Shown piece by piece: positions 36,847-49,902 of a DNA stretch of 51,090 nucleotides; positions within the stretch are counted from its first letter, which is position 1, and each line of letters starts with the position of its first letter. Both the position numbers and the translations under genes were made by a program. The notes under the pieces were generated by a model that saw nothing but the letters and a program-made list of their open reading frames with translations, made no database searches and had not been told where the DNA came from. Source of the stretch: Octopus bimaculoides. Lineage: Eukaryota. Location of the stretch: NCBI RefSeq assembly GCF_001194135.2, contig NC_068997.1:19916602-19967691 (forward strand), in the 5' to 3' direction.

Positions 36847-37880
36847 CATATAATCACATACATATCTTTACATGTGTGCACACACACACACACACATATA
36901 TATATGTATATATATATATATNNNNNNNNNNNNNNNNNNNNNNNNNNNNNNNNNNNNNNNNNNNNNNNNNNNNNNNNNNNNNNNNNNNNNNNNNNNNNNN
37001 NNNNNNNNNNNNNNNNNNNNNNNNNNNNNNNNNNNNNNNNNNNNNNNNNNNNNNNNNNNNNNNNNNNNNNNNNNNNNNNNNNNNNNNNNNNNNNNNNNNN
37101 NNNNNNNNNNNNNNNNNNNNNNNNNNNNNNNNNNNNNNNNNNNNNNNNNNNNNNNNNNNNNNNNNNNNNNNNNNNNNNNNNNNNNNNNNNNNNNNNNNNN
37201 NNNNNNNNNNNNNNNNNNNNNNNNNNNNNNNNNNNNNNNNNNNNNNNNNNNNNNNNNNNNNNNNNNNNNNNNNNNNNNNNNNNNNNNNNNNNNNNNNNNN
37301 NNNNNNNNNNNNNNNNNNNNNNNNNNNNNNNNNNNNNNNNNNNNNNNNNNNNNNNNNNNNNNNNNNNNNNNNNNNNNNNNNNNNNNNNNNNNNNNNNNNN
37401 NNNNNNNNNNNNNNNNNNNNNNNNNNNNNNNNNNNNNNNNNNNNNNNNNNNNNNNNNNNNNNNNNNNNNNNNNNNNNNNNNNNNNNNNNNNNNNNNNNNN
37501 NNNNNNNNNNNNNNNNNNNNNNNNNNNNNNNNNNNNNNNNNNNNNNNNNNNNNNNNNNNNNNNNNNNNNNNNNNNNNNNNNNNNNNNNNNNNNNNNNNNN
37601 NNNNNNNATAAAAAGCAATCTACTTCCTTATGGCTTGTTGCCACTGCCATCACCCCCACCACCATCACCCACCGCCATCATCAACACCACCACCAACATC
37701 ATCATCACCACCATCATCACCAACAATATCATCACCATACACCTCTGACATCACCACCACCACCACCACCACCATATACAACCACTGCACACCCCCACCA
37801 CCATCATCACTATCATCACCACTACCACCACCACCACCATCACCATCACCGCCACCCCCATTACCAATGCCACCATCATA
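36245..37880. repeat. Compound microsatellite field ((CA)n, (TA)n, (TG)n, (CAC/CAT)n) around the gap at 36922-37607
   Basis: Direct reading. It explains the His/Tyr/Ile/Val/Cys-rich spurious ORFs. Many smaller (ATT)n, (TCTA)n, (CAT)n and (TA)n tracts occur throughout the window. Confidence 0.95.
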
Positions 37881-38018
37881 TTTCCTCTCTAGATTCTAAC
37901 CTGGCCTACACTGTTTATAGTTTTGAATATCAAATATACCAAGTGTAGGATTGCCTGCTGTTGATTCAAGCTGTACAACATCTATTCTTCTTCTTATTAC
38001 CGGCTGTCAAGTGTAAAA

Positions 38019-38575
38019 CTCTTGCAAGGAATTGTGGTGATTCACCAGACATTATTTTTGCATCAAAGAGGAACCAGGTTCAATTCTTGCAAGGTACAGT
38101 AATAAATCACCAGGTTTTTTGGTTTTTTTTTACATCAAAGAGAAATCAGGTTTCAATTCTTGCCAGTTCTTGTAAGGAATGGTGGTGAATCACCAGTTGT
38201 TTTATTTGTATCAAAGAGGAACCAGGTTCAATTCTTGCCAGTTCTTGCAAGAAATGATGGTGAATCACCAGTGTCTTTTAAGGGGGTTTTTTTTTGCATC
38301 ATAGAGCAACCAAGTTCAATTCTTGGTTCGTTAAACAGGATGTTTAATTTTAATTTCTATTGAATTTTACTTATTCCAGTTGGGATAATTCACATACAAA
38401 AACACACAAGCAAATGGAAAACATGTAAATATATTTCATTTTGTACTTGGTTTGCAAGATTCTTGATGTGAATTTGTGTGTTGAAACAAATTTTGCTGTG
38501 TTTTGGGAGAGTCAAAGATTCTTGATGTGAATTTGTGTGTTGAAACAAATTTTGTAGTGTTTTGGGAAAGTCACT
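38019..38575 (+). repeat. Two local tandem repeat blocks
   Basis: 38019-38330 has variable units built from GGTGA(T/A)TCACCAG...CATCAAAGAGGAACCAGGTTCAATTCTTGC. 38456-38570 has a ~60-bp unit x2 (CAAGATTCTTGATGTGAATTTGTGTGTTGAAACAAATTTTG...). Confidence 0.8.
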
Positions 38576-38926
38576 TTCACCCTTACCACGTCTTCCAAAG
38601 GAATCTATAAATACACATGCAGACATCCATAAGGCCAATATGCAGACAGACAAAAACAGACCCTGGAGCAAGTTAGGGAGTCACAGGTCATTGAAAAGGT
38701 TACAAACAGCAATGAAAGAACTTTGAGGGATAAACAAAACAACCAAGTGGTTGTTTAATCAACATGTTAAACAACTGATCAATTAGTTAGTTGGCTAGAT
38801 ATTTAAGCAATTAACTAACAATAAAGAAGTGGAATTGACCCTGTGTGAGTGTTATTATTGGCGTAATGACTTTCCCAGGACACAACAAAAAAAATGTAAA
38901 TATAAGAGTACTAAAATGAATGATTA

Positions 38927-38958
<32 letters not shown>

Positions 38959-39152
38959 GTGAATGAAGAAGCAAGCATTTGGCGTTATGAAAGCATCTGA
39001 CTGAATCAATAATTTATAAAGTGGAAGTTACTAGACAGTTGAGCTATGGAATTGGTGTAATATGGAATGGATTGGAATGGAATATATTCCAACCAAACAA
39101 TGAAATAATGTTTTCTCTTTCCCAGCATTAAAGATGCTGGTTTGAAAGTACA

Positions 39153-39233
<81 letters not shown>

Positions 39234-39604
39234 ATCTATCTATCTATCTATCTATTGATCAATCTGTCTATCTATCTATCTCCCTTTCAGGATAAAACAA
39301 CCTCACTTTCTCTACCTTCTCTTCTTCTCTCTCCCTCCCTCTACCTTCTCCTCCCCCCCTCTACCTTCTCCTCCTCTCTCTCTCTCCCTCCCTCTCTATC
39401 TCTCCCTGTTCTCTAGTCTGCATTACTGTCTCACTTCTACAATGCATTTCTCTCTCTCTCTCTCTCACTCTTTCCTAGTGTGCATCTTTTTCTCCTAAAT
39501 ATGCATTGCTCTATCTCTCACTTTCTCTCTTTCTCTAAGTAAGTCCCTCACCCTTTCTGCCTCCCAGTATGCATGTAGCTCTCTCTCTATCTCTCTTTCA
39601 CTCT

Positions 39605-39667
<63 letters not shown>

Positions 39668-39944
39668 CACACACCTTTTTGTTTGCAGAATCACAAACGG
39701 ATATTAAACTACACTCACACAAACAAATACACACACATCAAGGCATGCATATATACACACATTTATATACAGTCACATGAATAACCATACATATGCACAT
39801 ATGACCCAAAAGTCAGAAAACATGGCCTATATTAATATAGTGAGAACATAGTGAATAAATATTTTTGCTGTTGAGTCCCATTCAGCATTTGCTGAGCAAA
39901 CCTGTAATCAAAGGCATTCCAGCCATGACCATCTTGTTTGTTCC

Positions 39945-40390
39945 TTTGAGCATTGCATATCTAGGAATACATCATTCAATGTATGTTTCCCTTTCCAAGA
40001 TTCTATGGCATGTAATCTGAGGGAGGTGTTGCTGTTATTTCCAGCAGATTGATTGACCATGTTGAAATTCCCTCGTTTGTTCAGGTCAAGACCATATAAA
40101 TTCCGTTTGAGCATTGCTTATCTAGGAATACATCATTCAATGTATGCTTCCTTTTTCATGATGCTACAGTATGTAATTTGGGGTAGGTTTTGCTGCTATT
40201 TCTAGCAGATTGATTGACCATGTAAAAACCCACTCGTGTTCAAACCAAGACTGTTCTGTTCTTTTGAGCATTGCATATCTAGGACTACATCAGTCAATGT
40301 ATGCTTCCTTTTTCATGATGCTACAGTGTGTAATTTGATAGAGATAAAGTGTTGCTGCTATTTCTGGTGGATTGGTTGACAATGTGGAAG
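39945..40390 (+). repeat. ~160-bp tandem repeat, ~2.7 units
   Basis: GAGCATTGC(A/T)TATCTAGGA starts at 39948, 40109 and 40266. Confidence 0.85.
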
Positions 40391-40761
40391 CTCCCTTATT
40401 TTCTTGCTAGTAGTGAATATGTGTATATTTCATGAATTGGCACCAGAAGCATAATTGGTTGTCTGACATTACATGATCAATGCTATCTTTCGTGGCTGCC
40501 TTAATTGGATACACACATAATCAGTAACTTCCACAAGCTGTCGTCAGTCATGTCTGGCCACTAGAATGGCTACATGGTGAAGAGGTTTGCTTCACAACCG
40601 TGTGAGATTCCAGATTTGGCTGTACGTCATGGCATTTTCTCTGTGAGTGTTTTCTTTCATAGCCTCAGATTGGCTAATATCTAATGAGAGGAACTTGGTA
40701 AACAAAAAAAAGAAATCTTTTGGCAGCTCACTATCGTCATCATCATCACCATCATCATCAC

Positions 40762-40798
<37 letters not shown>

Positions 40799-41386
40799 GT
40801 CATTGTCCTTGTCATCATTTAACATCAGTTCCATGCTGGCATGGGTTGAATGGTTCAACAAGATCCCACGAGCCAGAGGATTGTATCACACCCCAATGTC
40901 TCTGGTAGGCATGGCCAACTGCTGGTTTTCAATAAACAACCTTACCCAGACTTGTGCCTTGGAGGGAAATTTTCTAGGTGCAATTCCATGGTCATTCATG
41001 ACCAGATGGGATCCTTTTTTTTTTTTTTTTTTGCTGCTGTTGTTGTTAAGGTGATAAACTAGCAGAATCTTTAGCCAGTTGGATCAAAAGCTTTGCAGTA
41101 TTTCTTCTAGCTTTATGTTCTGAGTTCAAATTCAGCTGAGGTCAATTTACCATTCATCCTTTTTTTGTGGTCAATAAAAAATAAGTACTGATTGAATAAT
41201 GGAGTCAGTATAATTGACTAGCCCCCTCCCTCAAATTTCAGGGCTTGTGCCTATACTAAGAAAGAATTATTATTATTGTTATTGCTATTGTTGTTGCTGT
41301 TGTTATTGTCTTCTTATAGTCAACTAAACCCCAGCCACCCCTAAAAGCAGTGGAAAATTCTGGCCTTGTTCTAAGAATTAGAAAGA

Positions 41387-41445
<59 letters not shown>

Positions 41446-41468
41446 GCCCTTGTGGCAAAATTTGAAGC

Positions 41469-41532
<64 letters not shown>

Positions 41533-41610
41533 TGTTATTGTCATCATTATCATTTATTATTATTATTTCATATATGCACAACAGATTGGCTTGTTGAAAA
41601 ATAATAATAA

Positions 41611-41651
<41 letters not shown>

Positions 41652-42336
41652 TTGTTCATTACATTTCAGTTATAATAATTATTCATTTTGGTGAAGTTAT
41701 TAAAATTTCAAAGTCATCATCCTATGAAAAATGTTTATTGGTTTACAGTGGCAGTAGCGGTGCTGGTGGCCAAGCACTAAGTGAGAGTTAGCTGCATATC
41801 ATGATGCAGTCATGATTGTTAAAGATATGTACTTTAACGTTTCCTTTTTCGAGAGTTCATCATGTGATTTTCTACAGTTGTTCTTTGAATTTCAATGAGG
41901 AAAGCTTATTTATTTGATTCAGATTGGTTACATACTTTATGCGTATCTGTGTGTGTGTGTGTGTGTGTATGTGTGTGTGCACGTGTGTGATGGCTGAAGG
42001 TAGAGATTAAGAGGTAAAGAATAAAAAAAGAAAGAAAGATTATATAGACATGCGTTCACAGGTGTGTATAGACATAAATGTACATTCAAGTAAGCAGTCA
42101 CACATATTAAAACTCACATAAACATGTATGCGTATGTGTGTGCATGTAAATATATATATACATACACACAGAGACACACACATACACGCAGATATGCACA
42201 CAATTACATTCAACTATACATTGTATCATGGCATGGAAAAATATACATGTATCTACAACACATGCAAACATAACATATAATTAAATGCATTTGCATACTG
42301 GAAACTATTTACGAATACTAAAATCCATTTATGCAA

Positions 42337-42370
<34 letters not shown>

Positions 42371-42523
42371 GTATATGTATATAAGTATATATATACATGC
42401 ATGAACATTCATAAGCACAGACACTCAAATATACACATGACTAACATAAGTTTACCGGAACACACATGTATCCATACACATACATTCTCATACATACATA
42501 CAAGTACATGCATATGTAACATA

Positions 42524-42564
<41 letters not shown>

Positions 42565-42630
42565 TATATGTATTTATACATATATATATACATATATATG
42601 TATATGTTTGCATGCACATATAATTGTATG

Positions 42631-42671
<41 letters not shown>

Positions 42672-43384
42672 ATATAAATACATATAAATACATATGCAGA
42701 ATTATTGGAGAAGCAATAAGATTATTCCTGTTCATGCAGCAAAATTGAAAAGTAGATTTACAAAAAAATAAAAAGAACAATAAAAAAAACTATAATAATA
42801 ATAATAATGTTATTTGCTATAAATGTATATATATTATTTTATTGGATTTAGTTTTACATTATTTATTTATCTTTCATTATAAATATGTATGTGTATGTGT
42901 ATATATATATATATATATACATATATATGTATATGTGTATATATAACTTTTAGCATTTTACATTATAATAAAAGCATGATATAACATTGCTGTGAATTCC
43001 TATTTTGGAAGGCTGTTCATTATTATGAGGTCATTCAGGATATATACAACAATCAACGATGTATAAGCCCCATGGTAAAGCCAAACACTTTTCTTCTTTT
43101 CCATGCTCTTTTTCTTCATCTTCTTCTTCTTACCACTATTACATAGAACAACTACTTAAAACTTACCTCTATTTTATCTGCATTCCCTAACAGTGCTTAA
43201 TTTTTTATAATTGTTTTTTTTTATTTTTATAAAATTCTAATACTTTTGTTTTATTGGGTTTTCTTTTCTTTTTTCTGTTCTTCACTAATTAAACTTAATC
43301 ACTCTTCATTTTCTAGAAATATTTTGAAAACTTTCTTAGTGGTGGTTTGGCTGTTGCTAGGCAATATTTGCTGGTCCTTAAAGC

Positions 43385-44230
43385 CGTGAGCAGGCAGAAT
43401 CGTTGGCATGCTGGGCAAAATGCTTAGTGGTATTTCATCTGCTGCTACATTCTGAGTTCAAATTCCGCTGAGATCAACTTCACCTTTCATTCTTTCAGGG
43501 CCAATAAATTGAGTACCAGTTGAGTACTGTGGTCAATGAAATTGACTAGCCCCCTCCCCAAAATTTCAGGCCTTGCGTCTATAAAGCATTGAACTGGCGG
43601 AATCATTTGCATGCTGGACAAAATGCTTAGCAGCATTTCATCTGTCTTAACATCCTGAGTTCAAATATTGTCATGGTTGACTTTGCCTTTCATCCTTTCA
43701 GGGTTCGATATAATAAGTAGCAGCTGAGCACTAGGGTTCATATAACCAACTTATGACCACCCAACCACAAATTGCTCGCCATGTGCCAAAATATAAAACT
43801 AATATCATTGAAGGGGCAAAATGGCAGAATTCTTAGCACGCCGGGCAAAATGCTTAGCGGTGTTTCGTCTGCCATTATGTTCTGAGTTCAAATTCCGCTG
43901 AGGTCGACTTTGCCTTTCATCCTTTCGGGGTCGATAAATTAAGTGCCAGTTACACACTGGGGTCGATATGATTGACTTATTACCTTTGTTTGTCCCCTCT
44001 ATGTTTAGCCCCTTGTGGGCAATGAAGAAATAAGAATCATTAGCACACCAGGCAAACTGCATAAATGGCATGTCATCCATCTTTACGTTCTGAGTTCAAA
44101 TCCCGCCAAGGTTGACTTTGCATTTCATCCTTTCAGGATCAACAAAATAAGTAACAGTTGAGCATGGTATATAATCGACTTACCCCTCCCCTTCAATTAC
44201 TGGCCTTGTGCCAAAATTTGAAACCAATAA
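43385..44230 (+). mobile_element. Four head-to-tail family B SINEs
   Basis: B-boxes at ~43455, 43657, 43885 and 44092. Additional + copies at ~41055-41270 and 46530-46665. Confidence 0.8.
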
Positions 44231-44690
44231 TTGTTAGTCAATATTTTGTTAGAAGAGGTAGGAGTTAGGTCTTTTAGTAGATCTTAAATCAATGTTAGTT
44301 AATGTCATTGAAAAGGTTATTGTCATATTTACGTCACAGCTAATCCGTTGGACAGTTTTCTGAGGAGAGAAACACTATTTCTTTTTCTCTCCTTAATCAT
44401 AAATTTTGAGCAAGACTTGACATGCAACAAAGTTAAAGTTTTATTTCAATTTTGTTTAATTTTTGTTGGTGCAGGCATGGCTGTATGGTTAAGAAGCTTG
44501 CTTTGCAACCACATGGTTCCAGGTTCAGTCCCACTGTGTGGCACCTTAAGCAAGTGTCTTCTATTATAGCCCTTGACTGGCCAATGCTTTGTGAGGGAAT
44601 TTGGTAGACAGAAACTGTGTGGAAGCCTGTCATGTGTGTGGGTGTGTGTCTTTGTGTGTATGTTTATGTCTGTATGTACATATTTGTATG

Positions 44691-44721
<31 letters not shown>

Positions 44722-44730
44722 AAAATATAT

Positions 44731-44954
44731 AGTTTTAGGAAAAATAACCAAGTTTCAAGAACTCATCGATGAAAATCCACTATCATATATAGAAAAATTA
44801 ATAATTAAAAGCACAATAAATGAGTATAATATAAAGTAAAGTAAATATCATAAGATAAATATAATAATGATATATAATTATGATATTTACTTTACTTTAT
44901 ATTATACTCATTTATTGTACTTTTAATTATTAATTTTTCTATATGTGATAGTGG
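44731..44954. mobile_element. AT-rich palindromic MITE-like insertion in (TA)n
   Basis: Arms 44777-44853 and 44878-44954 (77 bp, 2 mismatches) with a 24-nt loop. The right arm runs into a gap. Confidence 0.75.
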
Positions 44955-45266
44955 NNNNNNNNNNNNNNNNNNNNNNNNNNNNNNNNNNNNNNNNNNNNNN
45001 NNNNNNNNNNNNNNNNNNNNNNNNNNNNNNNNNNNNNNNNNNNNNNNNNNNNNNNNNNNNNNNNNNNNNNNNNNNNNNNNNNNNNNNNNNNNNNNNNNNN
45101 NNNNNNNNNNNNNNNNNNNNNNNNNNNNNNNNNNNNNNNNNNNNNNNNNNNNNNNNNNNNNNNNNNNNNNNNNNNNNNNNNNNNAACTGTGTGGAAGCCT
45201 GTCATGTGTGTGGGTGTGTGTCTTTGTGTGTATGTTTATGTCTGTATGTACATATTTGTATGTGTG

Positions 45267-45297
<31 letters not shown>

Positions 45298-46959
45298 ATA
45301 TATATTTATATGTATGTATGTATGCGTGTCTGTATTTGTCACCACCATCACCACTTAATAACCAATATTGGTTTGTTTATGGCCCCATAACTTAGTTTAG
45401 CAAAATAGACTGATAGAGTAAGTACCAACAGATTTATTTCAATTTGATTTCAATTCTAAAAGAAAAAAAAAAGTATTTTTTTTTTACTTGAACAATAGAA
45501 ATATTTTATTCTCATACCAATTTTTAAACAAGTTCCCCAATTATTGTTGAAATATCTATAAAAATCTCAACAGATCACAATATTCTTTAAATATAATTAC
45601 AATGTACTTTTTTATTGTTGAGAAGAAATATATATTTTCTTGGGTGTCTTTGAGAAAATTACCATGATATGTATTCCATTCTAAATGGTTTAGGTCAACA
45701 TGACTTTGCTTTGGAGTGTCTGATACAGAATATCTGTGGCAATTTATGAACTTAGCTGACCAACCTTCTTCACCCCAATCCCCTACAGCAGCTATGACTT
45801 TCAGCTTAATTCAAATTTTGATTGCATGTTCAAACCTGTTATTAGTTTGTGTCAATGTTAACATATGCAACAATACCTGGCAATAAATTATAGGGCATGT
45901 CACCAAACCCCTTTAGTAAGAGTTGGAAAATGCAAAATAGTTGATACATACATTAAAATGAAACAGAACCTGAAATTTACTACGTTATGTATGAACAAGT
46001 CTGTCATTGAGTGATGTTATTTGAGCAGAATAATATAAGCTGTTATATAACACCAGAAGGTCTATTTCCTAAATAAATTTTCAGATTTATTGTACGAGAT
46101 AGATCACTCCATTGTAAAGAGTAAAGACCCCCTTTGGTCATGAATGACCATGGGATTGCACCTAGAAAGTTCTCCTCCCAGACACAAGTCCAGGCATGAT
46201 TGTTTATGGAAGACCAGCAGTCGCCCATGCATACCAGCCTCTCCTCTCCATGCCATTGATGTTATCCAAGAGAAAAGCAAAGGCCAATACAACTTGGCAC
46301 CAGTAACATTGCAACTCATTTCTACAAATGAGTGAATTGGAGCTACATGAAATAGAGTATCTTGCTCAAGAACACAACACAGAGCCCAGTCCGGAAATTG
46401 AACTCATTACATCATGATCGTAAGCCCAACACTCTAACCGCTTAAGCCATCCTCTATTGTAGCATACCTCATGCCAAACAAGCCCTTTGTAACAAAATAA
46501 CATTGTTGTGTTTGTGGAGACAAATATGGCAAGCTGCCAGAACCGTTTGCACACCAGGCAAAATCCTTAGTGGCATTTCATTCACTTTTACATTCTGAGT
46601 TCAAATTCTGCTGAGGTCGACTTTACCTTTCGTTTTTTCGAGGTTGATAAAATAAATACCAGTTGNNNNNNNNNNNNNNNNNNNNNNNNNNNNNNNNNNN
46701 NNNNNNNNNNNNNNNNNNNNNNNNNNNNNNNNNNNNNNNNNNNNNNNNNNNNNNNNNNNNNNNNNNNNNNNNNNNNNNNNNNNNNNNNNNNNNNNNNNNN
46801 NNNNNNNNNNNNNNNNNNNNNNNNNNNNNNNNNNNNNNNNNNNNNNNNNNNNNNNNNNNNNNNNNNNNNNNNNNNNNNNNNNNNNNNNNNNNNNNNNNNN
46901 NNNNNNNNNNNNNNNNNNNNNNNNNNNNNNNNNNNNNNNNNNNNNNNNNNNNNNNTAAT

Positions 46960-47182
46960 AAAAATGAACCTGACTGCTCTCGAAAATTAAGTAAAAAACA
47001 GGAAAAATAATCCAGAATCCTTGTCCGGTACCAGATCAATCCCAAAATCTAATCAGTCACAAGGCCAAACATCCCTGAAAGTTTCATCCGAATCCATCCA
47101 GCGGTTCTTGAGATATATTGTCCATGGACAAACAAACACGGCTGAAAACAATACCTCTGCCTTCGTTAAGGCAGAGGTAATA
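46960..47182 (+). mobile_element. HINE/DINE-1-like (Helentron-associated) non-autonomous element 3' part
   Basis: Core AAAGTTTCATCCGAATCCATCCAGCGGTTCTTGAGATAT, followed by a perfect 12-bp hairpin TACCTCTGCCTT-CGTT-AAGGCAGAGGTA (47152-47179) and an AT-rich flank. The 5' part is lost in a gap. Confidence 0.55.
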
Positions 47183-47199
47183 ATAAGGAAATTATTGTG

Positions 47200-47490
47200 T
47201 ATAGTACCCAGGTGCACTACAACTCATCAAAGGTGCATGTACAGTATATAGAATTATGTATGAAAGTCAGGAAAGTGAACAGTATATGAGTCATGATATA
47301 CATGTGTGCATGCATATGAAGTGGGGGGGGATATTAGGTGTAGTGTTGGGAAATTTCAGGAAGCATGGGTGTTTTAAAGGATACAATGTCTCAGCAGCTA
47401 ACAACTGATGCAGGTAGTTTGTTCCATGCTTCAGTGTGAGAAAATGTTTCCGAAAGTCATGGGAGCTGTGCTGTTTTCTGAGCTGGTTTT
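47200..47490 (-). mobile_element. CR1/L2-type LINE 3' end fragment
   Basis: Minus strand LRKQHSSHDFRKHFLTL, then with a frameshift EAWNKLPASVVSC. This is the typical RKxFFxxRVxxxWNxLP C-terminus of CR1-clade ORF2. Confidence 0.65.
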
Positions 47491-48780
47491 TAGGTTTCCA
47501 TGGTGTATAAACTCCCCACCTGGATGGGACAGCAGCCTGTTGCATGATTATTCACTTTTGCCCGCTGAGTGAACTGGAGCAATGTGAAATGTAGTGTTTT
47601 GCTCAAGAACACAATGTGTCACCCGATCCAGGAATCGAAACCACTATCTTATGATCATGAGTCCAATACCCTCACCACTAAGCCACTCACCTCCACAACC
47701 ATGTTAGTGCTCCATGTCTCCCCTTCACCGTAAACTAACATACTTCATTCATGTACTTTTATTGAATGGATTCTTGCCAAAGCTGACCAGCACCAGTCTC
47801 CTTGGATATCAGAGAATATGTGTTACATTATAACAATTTAGTTGTGAAGAGAAAACACAGTACTGTCCTATAATGGATATGATTAACTGAATAGTATAAC
47901 TATCATTAAATAGAAAGCCTATCTAACTGCACACCACTACATAGCAACTAAAACGGTATTAAATAAAGACTAAGTAATCATCAATTGGCAAGGTGAGATT
48001 ACACAAGTTTTATTTTCCTTTTTTCAAAGATTTTTTTTTTTAGAATGACTCAGTATATTTATTATTAAGCACAGTCATCAGATATTTATGAACGACAAGA
48101 TATCTCTGCTATAAAGCTGAACTATCAGCAACACTACAATATAAAATGAAGTGTTTTTATAGGATGGTAGAAGAGGCAAGTTGTCTGGCTGTTTCAAGCT
48201 GTTCTAAAATTTCTTTAGTAAAAAAGATTAGATTCGTCATCAACATTTAATGCCAACCATTACCTGTTTCCAAGCAAAGTAATAGTTTCATACAGCCAGA
48301 CACATTTTTTTTCTTGTAAGACTGGAAACAAACAACATTTCTTGTGTATGACGGTGGTGATACTTGTTTACAATCATCACATGATGTCAGGACAATGGCA
48401 CATACAAAGACACACATGTATTCGTATATATATATATGTGTGTATGTATATATATATATTTTCTTTTATTTGTTTCAGTCATTTGACTGCAAGGGTTTTA
48501 GTCAAACAAACCAACCCCAGGATTTATTTATTAAGCCTAGTACTTATTCTATCAGTCTTTTGCTGTACTGCTAAGTTGCTGGGTTGTAAGCACACCAATG
48601 TTGGTTGTCAAGCAGTGATGGGGGTACAAATACAGACACACAGACATGCGCAGACAGACACACACACACACAAAACAACATATATATGAATAAACTAACA
48701 GTGGTGCCCCAGCATGGATGCAGCTCTTGATTTGGAGCTGGTAAAAGAGAAAACATTGAAGCATTGAATGAGTTGGTAGT

Positions 48781-49010
48781 TTTAGAAATGAAGAAAACCT
48801 TGAATACAGAAGAATAGTTGTGAAAACAGCTTTTAGAGAATCAGGTAAAAAAAAAATACCCCTGTAGACAGAATTTGAAAGGTACAGAGTATGGATCTCT
48901 GTAGTAGCTATTGGCCACTTTTTTCCATTTATAGCGGTAATTTTACCTGATTTTCTAAAATCTGTTTTCACAGTTGTTCTTCTGCATTCAAGATTTCTCT
49001 AATTTCTAAA
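48781..49010. mobile_element. Older fold-back/MITE-like element
   Basis: 70-bp arms 48781-48850 and 48941-49010, roughly 80-85% complementary, with a 90-bp spacer. Confidence 0.6.
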
Positions 49011-49842
49011 TATATCATCATTATCATCATTTAATGTCCGTTTTCCATGCTGGCACGAATTGGATGATTCGACAGGAGCTGACCAGCCAGAGAGCTGCGC
49101 CAGGTTCCAGTTGTCTGTTTTAGCAGTTTCTGCAGCTGGATGCCCTTCCTAATCCTAGTGCCTTTTATGTGATTCCAGCATGAGTGCTTTTTACATGGCT
49201 GTTATAGAAGACACTTGTCCAAGGTGTTGGCAGTAGGACTGAACCAAAGACCACCAAGCTGGGTGGCAAGCTCCTTAATCACATAGCTATGTCTGTGCCT
49301 ATTGATTGTAGTGTAAATTTTACAGTGATGTCTGCATTGAGAATCTACAAATATGGCAGTCTTGTAGTAAATAGAATATCACCATAAGAATATTTTAGCC
49401 ATTCAAGACCTCTAATGATAATTTATTCATTGTTTTTAAGAGATCCATTAAACTGTACACATGAGACTGTCCCTTGTTGCCCATACTTTTACAAAGACTA
49501 AATTGCATAAGAAGTTTCACTGATTAAATTCATGTGCTGAGGTTATGGGTTCAAATTTCATCACAGACATACCATTGTTACAGTGAGAAGAGGTACATTA
49601 CACTATTTACCTAAGTATATANNNNNNNNNNNNNNNNNNNNNNNNNNNNNNNNNNNNNNNNNNNNNNNNNNNNNNNNNNNNNNNNNNNNNNNNNNNNNNN
49701 NNNNNNNNNNNNNNNNNNNNNNNNNNNNNNNNNNNNNNNNNNNNNNNNGTATATATGAAGCATATGCATATGTGTGTGTGTATACATATATATGTATATA
49801 CATACGTATATATATATATGTGTTTGTGTGTGTATATGTCTA

Positions 49843-49902
<60 letters not shown>

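Noticed and set aside
36732-37948. Long ORFs spanning N-runs (also at 12.0-12.7, 33.0-33.8, 44.9-45.4, 46.6-47.0 and 49.6-49.9 kb)
   Set aside because: Artefacts of assembly gaps.
38019-38330. CRISPR-like appearance of interspersed repeats
   Set aside because: Eukaryotic intron, irregular repeat lengths, non-unique spacers and no cas genes.
41749-41780. Possible micro-exon encoding GSSGAGGQAL (ttacAG ... gtgaga)
   Set aside because: It needs a phase-2 start, but the preceding exon ends in phase 0, where it reads TGG CAG TAG (stop). It is only viable if an unseen exon lies in a gap.
45746-45875. Open frame ADQPSSPQSPTAAMTF... resembling a DGK linker
   Set aside because: No usable GT donor and no continuation into the catalytic motif; likely chance.
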